Shown here: in pieces, positions 42,450-58,164 of the stretch | Position numbering within the stretch: the first letter of the stretch is position 1 | Layout: every line of letters starts with the position of its first letter | Origin: the human T2T-CHM13v2.0 reference genome, Homo sapiens | Assembly (NCBI RefSeq): GCF_009914755.1 | Contig: NC_060925.1 | Strand: one strand, 5' to 3' | DNA: 64,000 nucleotides | The notes under the pieces: model-generated | What the model was told of the DNA's origin: nothing | The model's database searches: none | The model's input: the letters and a program-made list of their open reading frames with translations, nothing else | Program-made: the position numbers and the translations under genes

Positions 42450-42800
42450 CCCCATTTGGATACTATAATAAAAAAAAGATAGTCCAGTTACCTTATAAAC
42501 AACAGAAATTTATTTCTCATTGTCCTGGAGGCTAGGACATCCAAGATCAAGGTGCTGGCAGATTCAGGGTCTGGTTAGGGCCCACTGCCTGGTTTATGGA
42601 TGGCATGTTCTCACTGTGTCCTCACATGGTAGAAGCAGTGAGGCATCTCTGCGGGGTCTCTTTTAAAAGGACCCTGAAAGAGGGTGCCATCCTCATGACC
42701 TAATCACTTCTCAAAGGCCCTACTTCCTAATACTATCACATTGAGGGTTAGAATTTCAATATAGGAATTTTGGGGGAACACACACATCCAGTCTATAGCA
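42450..42800 (-). mobile_element. MaLR LTR (MLT1A-like)
   Basis: ttataaacaacagaaatttatttctcattgtcctggaggct...ccaagatcaaggtgctggcagattc...ctcatgacctaatcac. Confidence 0.88.
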
Positions 42801-43042
42801 CTATCTGATAAGGCTTCTGAATAGTCCTGGGCCATTTTACATAACGGGGGTTTACTAAGGACTCTCAACAGCATAGCTCTTGCTTCAAGGGGTTTTCCAT
42901 GCGGGGCCTGCCAGAATCCCCTGAAGATTTGCCCTTTTGCTTTTGGGGGAATCATTGAGAGAAAAAGGACCTGGCTCCTGTGCTTTTCGCATGCTCACCC
43001 ACTCCGGCCCTTCTGATTAATGTTTGCTGTTCTGCTTTGCAG

Positions 43043-43122
43043 ATGCCTCCCAGGACCCAGAGGGAGACTGTAGCCTCATTTCTGTGGAGACCTTTGGCTG
43101 GACTCTCCTGGCTCTCCCAGAG
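43043..43122 (+). other. DDR2: DDR2 alternative 5'UTR cassette exon (80 nt)
   Basis: Acceptor tgtttgctgttctgctttgcag|ATGCC and donor CAGAG|gtgaga bracket 80 nt. From memory, the longer DDR2 mRNA variant carries an extra 5'UTR exon of this size joined as ...ctctcccagag/actccagttcc...; not verified by a search. Confidence 0.8.
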
Positions 43123-46100
43123 GTGAGAGACCGTGGTTCCTGTAGCCTCAGGCTTGGCACCAGCTCATCTCTGGTGGATCCAGGATTCCAGATATCCAAT
43201 CTCACTACAGCCAGGGCCTCTTTGTCCCAATGTGACCTTGCGGGCTCTCCCCCTGACTGCGTCTTAACAGCCCCTGCCATTGGTGATTTTCATTCCAGCT
43301 ACGAGCCAATGGATCCCTGAAAGCGACTGTGTGGGCTTCGCTCACCATGTCGCTCTGGCCTCAGCCTGGCGGTGTGCTCCTCTGTGGTCTGGATGGGGAT
43401 GATGAACTCGGGCTGCCCGTTGTTTTTGTTTTGTGATATTTAAAGCAGCCGAAGCTCTCATTACTGTAATACAGTATGTGCCTGGGCTAAAGGGGGAGCA
43501 GCATTCCTTCTGGATCAGGGGGCAACTCTATTCTGTTGTGGTGCACCCGCTGGAGTGTTTAGAACCACGGCTGGTAGATTTACAGTGCCAGGGCTGACAG
43601 GGGCCTTGGAACTCCTCCATTTTCATTCATTCCAGCCTCGTTGTTGGAATGAAGAGGGAGCTGAGCCCATTCTGGGTATGGGACGATTGCTTAGGCCCTG
43701 GGGTGATGAGTGGCAGATCTGGGACTAGAACTCAGGCCCAGAGGCCAGCTTACTGTCATCTGGCTAAGTTTCTGCTTCTGTTCTCTTCACTTGTTCAAGA
43801 TCCTTCTGAGGCCCTGAACCAAATGAGGAAAATTCATGTAAATCTTAGCACACTGCCTGATACATAATAAGTGCTCCATAAACGTTTATCAGTGCTCTCA
43901 TAAGCCCTGAGACATGCAAAATATTCTTGCCCTTCAGGGACTTACAGTCTTGAGGAGGAGATAAAAATTTCACACATACACACTAACACAATTAAGGAGC
44001 AATTTAAGTCACTAAATGGTTATCTGCTAAGTTTTGGGGAATAGGTGCAGTGGATCACGCAAGAGAGGAGACAGATTATTGTGGCCTAGAAGAAGTGCCA
44101 TGGTGAAGATAAGAGCATAATGTGTATGACATCTGTGTATGACATCTTTTCAACTCCTGGCAGTGAGATGAACAGGTCAGCAGCCATTCCTGGACACTGC
44201 AGAGCCCTCAGGCCATCCACTCATCTACCCAGCACATTCACTGATTATCTCCCAACTCTGTGCTCTGCATAAGAATGTAAGGAAGACCATGACAAGACCC
44301 TTTCCTCAAGCCTAGCCAGGGAGACAGACATGCATAAAGATACTACCACTGAAAAATTCTACATTCATATGTGTTCATATCCTCAAAGCATTGTCTGAGC
44401 CCACAGGTGGGTAGGCAAGTCAGATAGGAGCAAGAGTTTGAAGGAAAGCATACATTTACCTGGTGAAAAGGGGCAACTCACAAGCCATAAGCTCTTGTGC
44501 AAAGGGGCTGGTAAATGTGAGTCTTCTGCAGGAGAGGTGGAGTTGCTGGGAGGTTAGACCCAAGCAAGGGCATTCTGAGAATGAGATTGAGAAGCCTCTG
44601 AGGCCAGCATGGGGCAAGCCCTTGGTGTCACACTTGGCCCTGGCAATGTGGTATTTTTAACCTGGGCCAGAAAGTGGAGAGGAGCGGGCCTGGTAGGATA
44701 GAGAGGAGGGCTCTTTACTTATCAAGAGTAGGTACCAGATGCTGGTGACTCAAGGGGAAGCTTCCTGAGTGGAGATGGAGCCTATAGGTGTTTAATCGCC
44801 TGGAACAAACATATTTTCTGCACTGCTTGGTTCAGAGGCTGCAAGTTAAAGTAACACAGAAGAGAATGTCCGGCCAGCAATGTGAAGGAAGCATGAAATG
44901 GAAAGGGTTAGAAGCTGAACTTCTCTTGATCAATGACTTTATTATCTTGGCAAGGATTGCAGAAACTGTAGGTGCTGAGGGACTGACTTGTTTGGAGGAA
45001 GGGGTAGGGACCAGGAAAAGAATCCCAGACACTTGGTGCTAATCCAACTGCTGAATGAGGCTTTCAGGCTCTGGGATTCAGGCAGGAACTCCTGGGCCAT
45101 ATTCTTCCTAGGTATGGGGCTAGAGAGCCTTCAATCTTAGTGTCTGTATGTCCCTGGGCCAATCTGCTTTGTTCTACCATGCCTAACATCAGAAAAAAAG
45201 GGGTAGATTAAGTTTAGAGCCACTGCTCTGTGTCTCCATCCTGCTTCTTTTTCCTAAGGCAATTGAGCCTTACAAGGCCTTCTAAGTCCCTATGAGGTCT
45301 ACAGCTGTCAGGGATTGGTGAGGATGGAGAACAAACCAGTCTGTTCTGAATTCAACTCTTGCTTTCTTTCTCCCTCTCACAATTGAAGGTCTTCCTGAGC
45401 CTTTGCCTCTTTCAACAGCTGGATGTTGAGACTGCAATTTTTCATGATTGCTTGTTTTGTATTTTTTCTTCATGGTCTTTCCTAAAGTCTGTTATTCATC
45501 CAGGTCCACTTATACATCTTCTAATCTATTGCACCAACCCTGCAGCCATGGCCTGGCATGAAGCTGCTTGCTCATTGTCTTGTTGGTTTTTCCAAATGCT
45601 CACAGGCGCTAGTCATGTAAATCTCCTCCTGGCAAGAAAAAAAGACTGACTTTTTGTTGTTGTTGTGTTGCCCCAGGTGATTCAGCCAGTCCTGGGCTCA
45701 CAATAGATGCTAAACATACGATTGCCACCTCGACTGCTGATCTTTTTCTTCCTATACACCATTCTATTCATACCGCTATTCAAAAATTGATATTTATAAG
45801 CACTTACTATATCCCAGGAATGGTACTGTAAGTTCTTTATATGCATTATTCCATTTAATTTTAATAGTGATACCATTTTCTACTTTTAACCAGCTTATAC
45901 TTTCTACACTGATAGAAAAGTGTCCCTAAACCCACAGACTAGTTAGTACCTGGCTGTTTTAGAAGTTCCTCACTCATGACATTTCTGAAGTTATCACTAC
46001 AGGATATGGTTGCAAAGGCCTGGGAGGAGAAATCCTTTCTGTCTCTGATGGTTTCAGAGAAGGTGAGAGGTCTCTGTCTCTTTGTGGTAAAAACACCAGG

Positions 46101-46959
46101 GTAGGCCTTGATCTCCTGAGTCTTGAGTATGTTAAGGGAAAGACACTAAGATTGCTCTGCCAAAAGGGCAGACAGACCCTGCCTGGTGTCTGGGAAGTTG
46201 AGCCCAAGTTTCTCTCCAAGGAGGGTCTCCTGCAGGGATCAGGAAGGAGGGTCTATTGGCATCACACATGATCTCTTCTGGGTTCAGGAGGGGTTCCTAT
46301 AGCTAGATGAGATAGAATTGATTGATGTCTCAGTGATGCTTCAGGCCATGTTGATTGGGCCTGCACTAAAAGTAAGCAGCCCTTCAGAGCCATGTGCTCT
46401 CAAGAGGCAGCACAGCCATAACCGCAAGAGTAGGATGGTCCTGGTGGAAATGGCACAATCAAAACAAGCTCCTGGGCCTTGTGGCTTTGAGTGGCTGAAC
46501 TGGAAGGTTCTTGAGGTATGAGCACTCTCACTCACGGTATTGATCAAGCAGCGTAATCACATCACTGCCCCCACAGAAGTGGCTGCCACTCAGTTCTCCT
46601 CAGCCCAGGCTGATTTCTGCTCTGCTGGTTCATAGGAAACTGCTTGGGTCTTTCATGACTGCTGAAGCCCAAGGCACTTTCCCCAGAGGCAGCATCACTC
46701 ACAGGATGGACCAAATGAAATGTCCTGGTCAAAGGCAGGAAGTTTGTATTGTTGTTCTTGCCTATTTTACTATCATGTAAATACCTGCCAACCAACCTAC
46801 ACATATTCTCTGAGTACTTACTGAGTACTTACTATATAGGTGTTAATGGATACAGAAATAAGAGTATGGCTAGGGGTGGCATGCTTTTTGCCCCTAACTT
46901 GCAAATTTATTGAGAACATGATGCCAGGCACAGTGAAAACCAAAGAGAAATACAAATAA

Positions 46960-47170
46960 ATGGTAACATTTATGAGACAGGTACTAGGTTCTAGACACTT
47001 CTTACATGTTAACTCATTTCATCCTTACAACATTCCTGTGGGCAGGTGCCATTATTACTCCCATTTTTACAGGTGAGAAGACAGAGGTGCCAAGGTTCAA
47101 GTGTGTGCCCAGGTGCATGACACTGGTGAGAGGTGGGAGACAGGACTCAAACCCAGCAAGCCTGGTCTCA
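46960..47170 (-). mobile_element. MIR
   Basis: aactcatttcatccttacaacattcctgtgggcagg...cccatttttacaggtgagaagacagagg. Confidence 0.8.
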
Positions 47171-48754
47171 GACAAGGTGACTCATAAGGAGCAGCAAGGG
47201 AGGTAGGAGGCAGAACATTGAGTGCAGGGGCTCAGAGGGTGGAGGGAAGTAACTTCAATCTGGTTTAAAGAAACCAGTTATCAGAGACAGACAGGGCCTA
47301 AAGAAGGTATGGGTGGCTCAGAGTTTTAGGAAGGAAAAACAGGAAGTTGGGCTAATAGGGATAGCGTGATAAGAGAACAAGTGCTAGGCTGGAATACCAG
47401 GGGCCTGGCCTTGCCTGTGAGCAGCTGCTGCCCCTGGGGAGGTCACTTTGCTTTTTGGGCTGCCTTATTTTTATCACCTCCAATTGGAGAGAATTGAGAA
47501 AGATGAGCTTTCAGGTCCCTTCAGGTTTTTACCGTATGGTTCTATGATTTTGAGGGCTGGCATGTTTCCTTGGTTGCTTCCAAAAGCCTCTGACCACAGT
47601 CCCTCAGGCTGACCCTCTTGTGCCCAGTAATGTGGAAAGATGACCTTCTGCTCACCAGCACATGCTTCCAAGGGCTGCGGAGCCTGGGACAGAAGGTACG
47701 GTGGGAAAGAAAATGAGAGGAGCTGGTTGGGAAAGATACTCACATGCAGAAAAGTTTCCAGCAAGTCAGAGGTGAGAGTAAAAGATCCAAATGAAAAGCT
47801 AGAGATTGCTAGGGCTCACCAAGGTTGAATAACTTGTCCAGGGTCTTAGCAGACTGAGGGATACTGGATGATAACACTTCTAAAATACTGTTTTGTATCT
47901 GGAAAATGCTCTGCCTTCAGTTTGCATTTTCTCTCCTTCTTCCTCCCAGTAATCAAATGAAGACGTTAGATTTGACATTTCCAGTGTGTACAGTACAGAC
48001 AGGAAACTAGGTGAATGAAGTAATGCAGTCAATGTTCTGTGACTCCATTCTGCCCCTGGAAGAGGGATGTTTTCTATAATAGTCATGTGACTCAACATCT
48101 TCTTGTCTTCTTAGAAAGGAGTGAGAGAATAAGATAGCCATCTAGCACTTTCCCCCCTCACCTCTCCTACAAACTCTAGCATCTCATTTTACAGAAGAAA
48201 AGGCTGAGATGGAGGGGAGCAAAGTAGTCTTATAACAAAGGCAGAAGTGGAGCTTGCTATTTCATCCAGTGTGGGTCACCTCAGGTCACCTGGGGCACAT
48301 CCTATGTGCCCAGATACTTACGGAAGGGGTCATTCTGGGCCTTTGGCTCCACACCGAGGGGCTGCATTTTGAGAATCACGAGGTTGGGACTCCCAGAGGA
48401 AAGTTGAGAGTTAGGAAAACTTCAACAAATCCTCAGGAATAGAAACAGAACATGAGATGAGAATGTTTGGGACAGCTCTGCTGTTTGTTTCTGTGTATGT
48501 GTTTGAGGGCCCATCTCTTGCCAAAACCAAGCTCATTTCTGCATATTTGTTTGCTTAATATGAAATACTCCAAAACTGCTCTTCATATTTGTTTAATCTG
48601 AAATGAAAATGACTCAGCAGAGAGGAAAAACAAGATTTAAATGCCCTGAATGGCCCCTGAATTAAAATACATAGCCCTAAATCATGGGGGCGTTCTTCTC
48701 CCCACCAAATCTTAATCTTCAACACACACAAATGCAAGTGCCACACACAGTCAT

Positions 48755-48756
<2 letters not shown>

Positions 48757-48783
<27 letters not shown>
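48757..48783. repeat. (CA)n microsatellite
   Basis: Directly visible. Confidence 0.9.
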
Positions 48784-48787
<4 letters not shown>

Positions 48788-49184
48788 TTGTATTTGCCTG
48801 CCCCAACTTGACCTCAGTCCCTTTATCTCTTTTCCCCTTCATACTCCAGCCTTTCCAGGGTCCTACCTTTCCTGCAGGGGAGGTGCATTTGAGCTTAGGT
48901 GGAGAGGCCTGGCCTGGGCTACAGGCCACAGATGATTTTCCTGGAGGGCCAGCACTTCCTCTCCAGTCCAGATCACAGGCTCAGTGTCAAGATCCCTGGG
49001 GGAAATCTGAATTTTCATTCTTCAGCAAAGTCGAGGCCACCTCAGATAGTCCCTAGCTTTTGGATCTGGAAAAATGGACTCCGTGGAGAGAATGGCTGTC
49101 TACCAAATCAGACATGTCTTGCTTTTTACACAAGCTGTATTCCTGAAAAGTTGGGTATAAACTGGATCTTGGTATGTTGCATCA

Positions 49185-49443
49185 ATTTTGAATGTACTGA
49201 AAAGATTTGCTATTCAAAGGAACCCAGCACTGGATTCTTTTGTCAAGGGATGAATTACTTTGTAATGGCTACTCATCTAGTGATTTATGAGTTTGGTAAG
49301 TAGATGGAATATTTTTATATACTGAATGTTATTTTAAATGTACTGTGTGGGATTTGTTATTCAAAGTTACCCGGCATTGAATCCTTTTGCGAAGAACTAT
49401 TCTGTAGTGTAGATAAACATTTCATGATTTATGAGTTTGGTAA
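49185..49443. repeat. Old ~145-bp-period duplication
   Basis: 49185-49299 aligns by eye to 49331-49443, including an identical tgatttatgagtttggtaa. Confidence 0.85.
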
Positions 49444-49744
49444 CTTTAGGCATTTCTTAAAGTGGGATATACCCCTAGTTCTGCTTCAGAGAAAAAGTTG
49501 TTTTTTGCAATGATCAGACTTGGAGAAAAAAGAGTTCTACCATATTTGAGTTATGGTCACTCCTGAGGGGCTTAGGAAGAATGGAGGTACTCAAACTTTC
49601 CATTTTGTTGGAGCAAAAGATCCAGGAGTTGCCTGCTCTTCTTACTTTCCATATTATCACTGGGGTGGAAATGATGGAGGTATTTTTCCAAAGAAATGTA
49701 GTTCACTATTATAGCTACATTTCAAAGGTGTTTCTCTTCATATC

Positions 49745-49855
49745 TATATCATTTGAATATATATTTATATATATATACACACACATACATATATACACAC
49801 ACATGCACATATGTTTATACACACACATGCACACATGTACGTATATACATATATA
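49745..49855. repeat. (TA)n/(CA)n low-complexity tract
   Basis: Directly visible. Confidence 0.85.
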
Positions 49856-51299
49856 ATCTATCATGTGTATTTAGATCTAAAGCAAAGACATTGCAGTAGG
49901 GCTTGTGTTTTGAACCACTGAAGGGCTGCTGTTTCCACCAGTCCAGAGTGCTGGGGCTTGCTCTGAGATCACCAGGGGTATAAACCAGGCAAGAGGAGAA
50001 CTTAACTTCCTGCTCACTCTTTCTCACTTGGCAGGTCAAAAATCATTTCAGCACTTATCTCCCAAGGTTCCTAGCTGTGTCCCCATACCATCCTATCTGA
50101 GCACTAGTGTGAAGCTTGTTTTGGGAAATGATCTGATTGCTAAGGCAGTTGGAAAAGAGAAATATGGTGTCATGTGTGTACAACCAAGAGCTGATCTAGG
50201 ATGCCCACATATTCCTGGCTCATCCATGAGCCACATATTCATTGAAGTTCTTATAGGTAGGAGCAAACCCTGCCTATAAGAACCCTACATGGACTGGAAC
50301 TGTGTCAGGCAGAATGTTCAGATAACTTACCCTTTCACCATGATTTGGCCCTGAATGTGTCTCAGAAAAAGGCTTTTAGAAGCTCACCCAAGTACAGAGA
50401 TAATTTGTGAGACATTTAACCTCTCAGACTCTTGCTTTTTTCTTTCCTGGAGAGCTGCTAATTTCTAGTTGTGGCTGCCACACTCCTGTCTGCCTGATCT
50501 TCCATTTTACTTCCTGGTTTCCTGGTGGCTTTGACACATGGCCTGTCCAGATCCCAGTGGGGGCAGTCCTGAGATGGAGAGCTGGTGGTCTTTTGTCAGA
50601 TCTGGGAAGTCCTGAGCCATGACTTCCTTTGAAATCAATTTGGAATGTCCATCCAGCTTGGCTAGGGAAGAGGATTTTGACTGTGAAGAGGGAAGTGGGT
50701 TCTTTACTACAAAGGACATATTCTCTCTGAGCCACATGCTCCTTGATGTTCTTTGGTAAATATTGGGCTGTGGGCCTAGAAACACTGACCTTGGAGTCAG
50801 GCGAACTGGGATCCAGTTCTTACTCTGTGGTCTTCTAACTTAGTGACCCAAGCAAGTCAAAATTAATCTCATTTCGAGATAGAGATATGCAAGATCCTTG
50901 ACCTTCAATGACTCATGGTCAGGCTTGAGAGAAAGTCAGGTAAAGAAGCCAACTCTAATTCAGCACAATGAATGGGAAGCACCAGCCAGACCAGGTAAAA
51001 CAGCCTCAATTGAGGGTGAAGTGACTTAGGGCCGTACTTTTCTATTGTCAAAAGGAGATGATAATTTCTCTCCACAGGATTGTGGTGAGGCTCAATGATG
51101 TAATGCATCTATAAGTAACTGATAAAGTTCAGGAATTCTAAAATAGAAACAGGCAGTAATTCTCAACTGTTTTCTTCTTCCACTCTATTCATGTGCAAGA
51201 TGTGCTAAGACATTTCCCAATACAACAAGTGATTCTTGAAGTATAGGACGTGTTCCCCCCACACCTCCAACTCTCGGAAATGCACAGAAAGTGTCCTTG

Positions 51300-52540
51300 A
51301 GATTCTGATAGCCTGCTTCCAGGAAAAATGTTTTGTTTGGTTTTGTCAGAAAAGCTAATATAAATGACATTAACAAGGAACACATTTTCCTTGTTGAAAA
51401 TCAAAACATTACAAATAAGGCTAAAGTCTCCCTTTGATCACCATTCACAATCTCCTCTGACAAATACAGCAGTCCATCTCCTAACTCTGTCTTGGAGGGA
51501 ACCACTGCTGTCAGCATGGTGTTTAATCTTCCAGATCTTATATATATATAAATGTACATGAGTGTGTGTCTATCATAAAAATATATAGTGTGCTTTACAT
51601 AAACTTTGCAACCTTCTTGTTCACCTAAAAACATGTCATAGACTTCAACCGTTGTAACTGTGAGTAGCTCTAATGCATTCATTGTTACTATTGCATAGCA
51701 TTTCACAGTAGGAATATTCTATAGTTAATAACATTATCCTACGGTAGACATTTTTCTAAGTTTTTGTTGTTAAAAAATATATTGCAAAGCACTTTTTTGT
51801 GCATGCCTCATTGTGTACACACACAAGTCTTTCTTTAGGGTAAATAAGAATAAATGGGATATAGAAATTATGGTATATGTATTTTTATTGAAATTATCTT
51901 CTAATTTATATATCCAGCAGCAGAGTATGAGAGTATGCATTTGCCATATTATTGCCAAAGTTTATATTATCACACTTTAAAATTTTGCCAGTCTGATAGG
52001 TAAAATTGGCATTCAACTACTGCTTTAATGTTTGTCTTTGTGACTACTTGAGAGGTTGAATACTTTTAGATGTTTACAGCATTATATTGTCTCCCCTGTT
52101 GAATGCTTTTTATTTACTTGGCCCATTTTTCTAGTGGCTTTTAAAAAATGATTTATAGAGATTATTAATACTAGAAGTTATTTCATTATACAATTTCAAA
52201 TATTTATCTTAGCCAGTTGTTTACATGTTATGTTTATGATGTCTTTTGGTCTTAAAGAAGTTTTGAATTTTGGTGGAAATTTTTATTATTCTTTTCATTT
52301 CTGGATTTTGCTTTCCATGTCTCATTTGTGCAGGCCTTCCTTATCTTTAGCTCATAGCAAATTTTTCTAGATTTTCCTTGAAATATTCTTATGGTTCCAT
52401 CTTTACATTTTGGGCTCATTTTTGTGAGGTGTAGATATACCTTCATTTGCTTTTGAAAAGGCTACTAAAGCATCTGAAACTTCTTCACCAAGTTTAAATA
52501 CCCACCTTCTCATGTAGTACATTTCCATTTATTCATGAGT
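51300..52540 (-). mobile_element. Old L1M (ME-like) 3' fragment
   Basis: aatttatatatccagcagcagagtatgagagt...ttttgccagtctgataggtaaaa...ttggcccattttt. Confidence 0.75.
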
Positions 52541-53169
52541 CTTTTCTGGGTTGTTCATTCTCCTCAGTGTTCTGCTTATCTATTTCTATACCAATTGCAT
52601 ACTCAGAGAGGCCTTTGCTGGCCACCTTACCTAGAACAGCTCTCATTCCCTTTCTGTTACATTACTCTATTTTATTTTCTTCCCTGTACATATGTTTCTT
52701 TAAAATTCTTCTTCATTTACTTGTTTTCTTATGTACTATAAGTTCCATGTTGGCAGGAACCTTCTTTGCCTTTTTTACTGATGTGCTTATCACCTGTAAT
52801 AGCACCTAATAGATATTTACAAAATAGTTGCTGAATGAATGAATGAAGGCCAATGGCTTGACCAGGGGTGTTTGCATTTTGAGTTTTATTTCTTGAGGCT
52901 TAAATAAATTGTCAAAGGGGTTTGTACTACTAACTAAATAAGTGGGTAGAGAAGGGCTTTCCTAGCAGCTCCTTGACATGCTTCCATGTATACTTTTGAG
53001 TTCTGTTCACATGTCACATTGTTTAAATATTGAACCCTTGGAAAGACTCATTCGAAGGTGCAGAAAAGGGTGATTCTGCTCACAATAAGCTTTAGAGATA
53101 CTTCCTTTTAGGGTATGGAATTTAGAATGACCAGATGTAGTCACTGAATATATGGCTCAAGGCAATCAT

Positions 53170-53570
53170 TAATTCATTCTGCAAATACTTATCAGGCACT
53201 CTGGTAGTGTTGAGACTACAACAACGAATAAAATGAACATGGAGCTTGTGTGTGTTGGGGGGGAATACAAATTAAACAATCACAGCAATGAATATATAAT
53301 GAGAAACTATGATCATTTCTATATAGAAACATTATGTTTTTAGAGCATGTAACAATCAAGGGGATGAGAGAATATTTTGCTGAGAAAGTGACCATTTAGT
53401 AGAGATTTGAACTAGGCAAAGAGAGGAGAGAAACTTCTTGGCGGAGGTCCTTAGGCAAAAGAAAATGGAAGAAAAAGAAAAGAAGCTCCAGTGTGACTGA
53501 GGTGGAGAGGATGAGGAGAAGGGCAGCTCTGGTGAGGTAGGTGGAGCCCAGATCAAAGGATGATATAGTG
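53170..53570 (-). mobile_element. L2 3' fragment
   Basis: ttcattctgcaaatacttatcaggcac...gaagctccagtgtgactgagg. Confidence 0.65.
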
Positions 53571-55009
53571 TGATGATGAGCAAAAACAAAAGAAGGAACA
53601 ACAAAAACAACAAAAACCCATGTGGATTTTGAAGTAACACAAGCCTTAGGTTCACATATGAGTTTGGTCACCTATCAGGTGTGTAACCTGATTAGCTTTA
53701 ACCTCTTTCTCCTTAGCTTCCTTGTTGTTGAAAACAAACCTCATTGAGTTACTGTGAATATTGTAAGAGATGGTCTCTGATTCGTAGTAGAAGTACATGG
53801 TATAGGTATAATACTTCTAGGTGCTTTACAGTGCTCTGTTTGTTAGCTGACAGTCATCTAATTTTAGGCAAAACAGAAAAATAATTATTGCTTTTGGAGA
53901 TTCGCAGCTTGAAGCCCGGCAACAGTTTCAAAAAGTAAATTAGTCAACATTTTTTGAACACTTAGTAGGTTTGGCTTAGTTCAGTTAAAAACCATTTTTG
54001 AGCACATACTTTGTGCACGATGTAAAGTAATACTTTGGCAATATAAGAATGAACCATTTTGAAGTTAATGATTAAATGGATAATTTTATAACAATGTTGT
54101 GAAGGATCCAATAGAGTTAAATTAAGCATGTGTTTTGGTGAAGGAAAGAAAGGAAATGAGGTGTGGGAGACATTCTTTGCAGAAGGAATTATTGGGGAAG
54201 GTTATGGAGGGGAGGAAGTTACGGCCAGTAACCCATGAGAGAGGTGCCACAGGAGAGAGAGAGAATTCTAGGACTGTCCTGCAAAAGACTGCTAGGAGAG
54301 GGCGGTGAGCCAAGTCAGTCCTGGGCCTCAGCACTTACTGGATGGCTGCTTACAAAGAGCTCGGGTCTCTCTGGAAGGACATCCTGGATTATGGTCATGA
54401 GTTAGTGCTCAACTATAGCCAAGACCAATGTCTCCAGGATTCACCTGTGTGTTTCTTTCTCTGGGCATGTTTATTTAGGGACTTATTTATGGAAATAGTG
54501 TTCCCGTTGCTGGAAGTGGCTAGGAACACTGAGACATGTATTTTATCTTATCCAAATCAATTGCTATGAAACTATGCTCATCACCCTTTGTAGTTGTAGA
54601 TCACATACCCCTCAGCCCCTCACTATGGGGCCATTTAAATCTTCCGTGTTTTATTTGCTTTGGATCCATCCTCTTCAGTCAAAACCATCTGACTACATTG
54701 CTTTTTTTTTTTTTTAACCCCTCTGGGTGTGTCAGTATTATACTGCTTAGAAATTGTCTTAGAAAGCTTCTGTTTCCTGAAAAAGAAAACTCCTTACTCA
54801 TGTCATCCTCTGATTTACTCCATCCCTGTTATTGCCTATTAAAGTCTTGTCCATCCTTCAAGAACCTGATCAGATATTTATTTCTCCATGAAGCCTTCCT
54901 TAATCACTCCAGCTTAAGGGAATTTCTTCTCTCTTTATAATATTGTGTCACATACTATTTCTAATATTGCATCCAATGCTTGCTTGATTATTAGTGTTAC
55001 TCAGAGGGA

Positions 55010-56520
<1,511 letters not shown>

Positions 56521-56907
56521 AGATTAGATATTATGAATCATTTTGGGGAAACCTGAAAATACAGAATCCCAGGTATCACTCCAAAGATAATGAATCGGGA
56601 TAAATATTGAACTTATATGTTTTGAAAGGCAAACATTAAAAGTAAATGCTTCTCTTGGTTGAATATTGGAATCAATATCAAGATTATGAAAACATCAGTT
56701 TACATGATAAATATAAGTTTTACTTTACCATTATTCACCATTTGGGTAAGTATTTATCTTAGGAAAACTTCGTGTGTCTGACTATACTTTTGCTAATTTA
56801 AATTTCATGAGTGTGCAATCTGATAGAGTTTGAAAATTATTATATTAGGTGATTATTGGATGTGCCATTCAACTCCCAAAGTCTGTGATTCGAAGTCCCA
56901 TATATAA

Positions 56908-57273
<366 letters not shown>

Positions 57274-57709
57274 TGACTAAAATAGGAAGAAAAATGAATA
57301 TACTTTATATATATGTATTTTAATACTTACAACCTGTTGAATATTGTAAAATATTTTCTTATATAGAGTAGGGGTGCAGTAAGAGGGCATTTTAAAAAAT
57401 GGGAGGTGGCAGAAGCAACCATTTGCTTCTGCATCTTCTGAGAAAAACAGGACAGAATTTTTAGATGTCTTGGAGAACTTCTTCAGGTTGGTTTACCAGT
57501 TGTTTTGGGCTGTCTTAGACTTTGATTTTACTTGGATGTCCTGTTATGCTTTTGGGATCCTGGTCCTGTGGGATCTCAGGCAGGTTCTCTTTCCTCTAGG
57601 ATGTGGCCATGCTAAAAATAGATAGGTTAGGAGAATCTTTTGAGCCCAAATTTGTGGGATTATTTTGTATTACATGCATTTTTAAAGTTTAAATGGAAGT
57701 AAATAATTG

Positions 57710-58150
57710 TATTATTTATTACACAATAATGCTGCTTAACAACCTATCCAAAGCTCAATGTCTTTAAACGAGCATTTATTTGGCTCCTAGCTGGACTTGT
57801 TTGGACTGTTCTCTGTTCTGTGTTGATTTACTCAAGCATAACTGGAAGTCAGCTGGCTATTGGCTCATCTAGGATGGATGTGGCACTGATGAATGGGGCA
57901 ACTTTACTGTGTTCTGTTTCATCCTCCTGCAGACTAACCTGGGTATGTTTTCCTGGAAATTGCACAGGAACAAGACCAGAAGCCAGAATACTCAAACATT
58001 TTTCAAGCCACTGCTGAAATCATGTTTACTAAGTCTCATTGGCCAAAGCAATTCATGTGGCCAAGCCCAGAGTCAGAGTGGGAGAGCACAAAAAATTAGA
58101 TGGTAAAGGTCTGGGATGCAGGTATTGGAGAAGAATTGGAGTCATTTTTT
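57710..58150 (-). mobile_element. Old MaLR LTR (MLT1-like)
   Basis: ataatgctgcttaacaacctatccaaagctcaatg...ctcattggccaaagcaattcatgtggccaagccc. Confidence 0.7.
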
Positions 58151-58164
58151 TTTTCATTTTGCTA

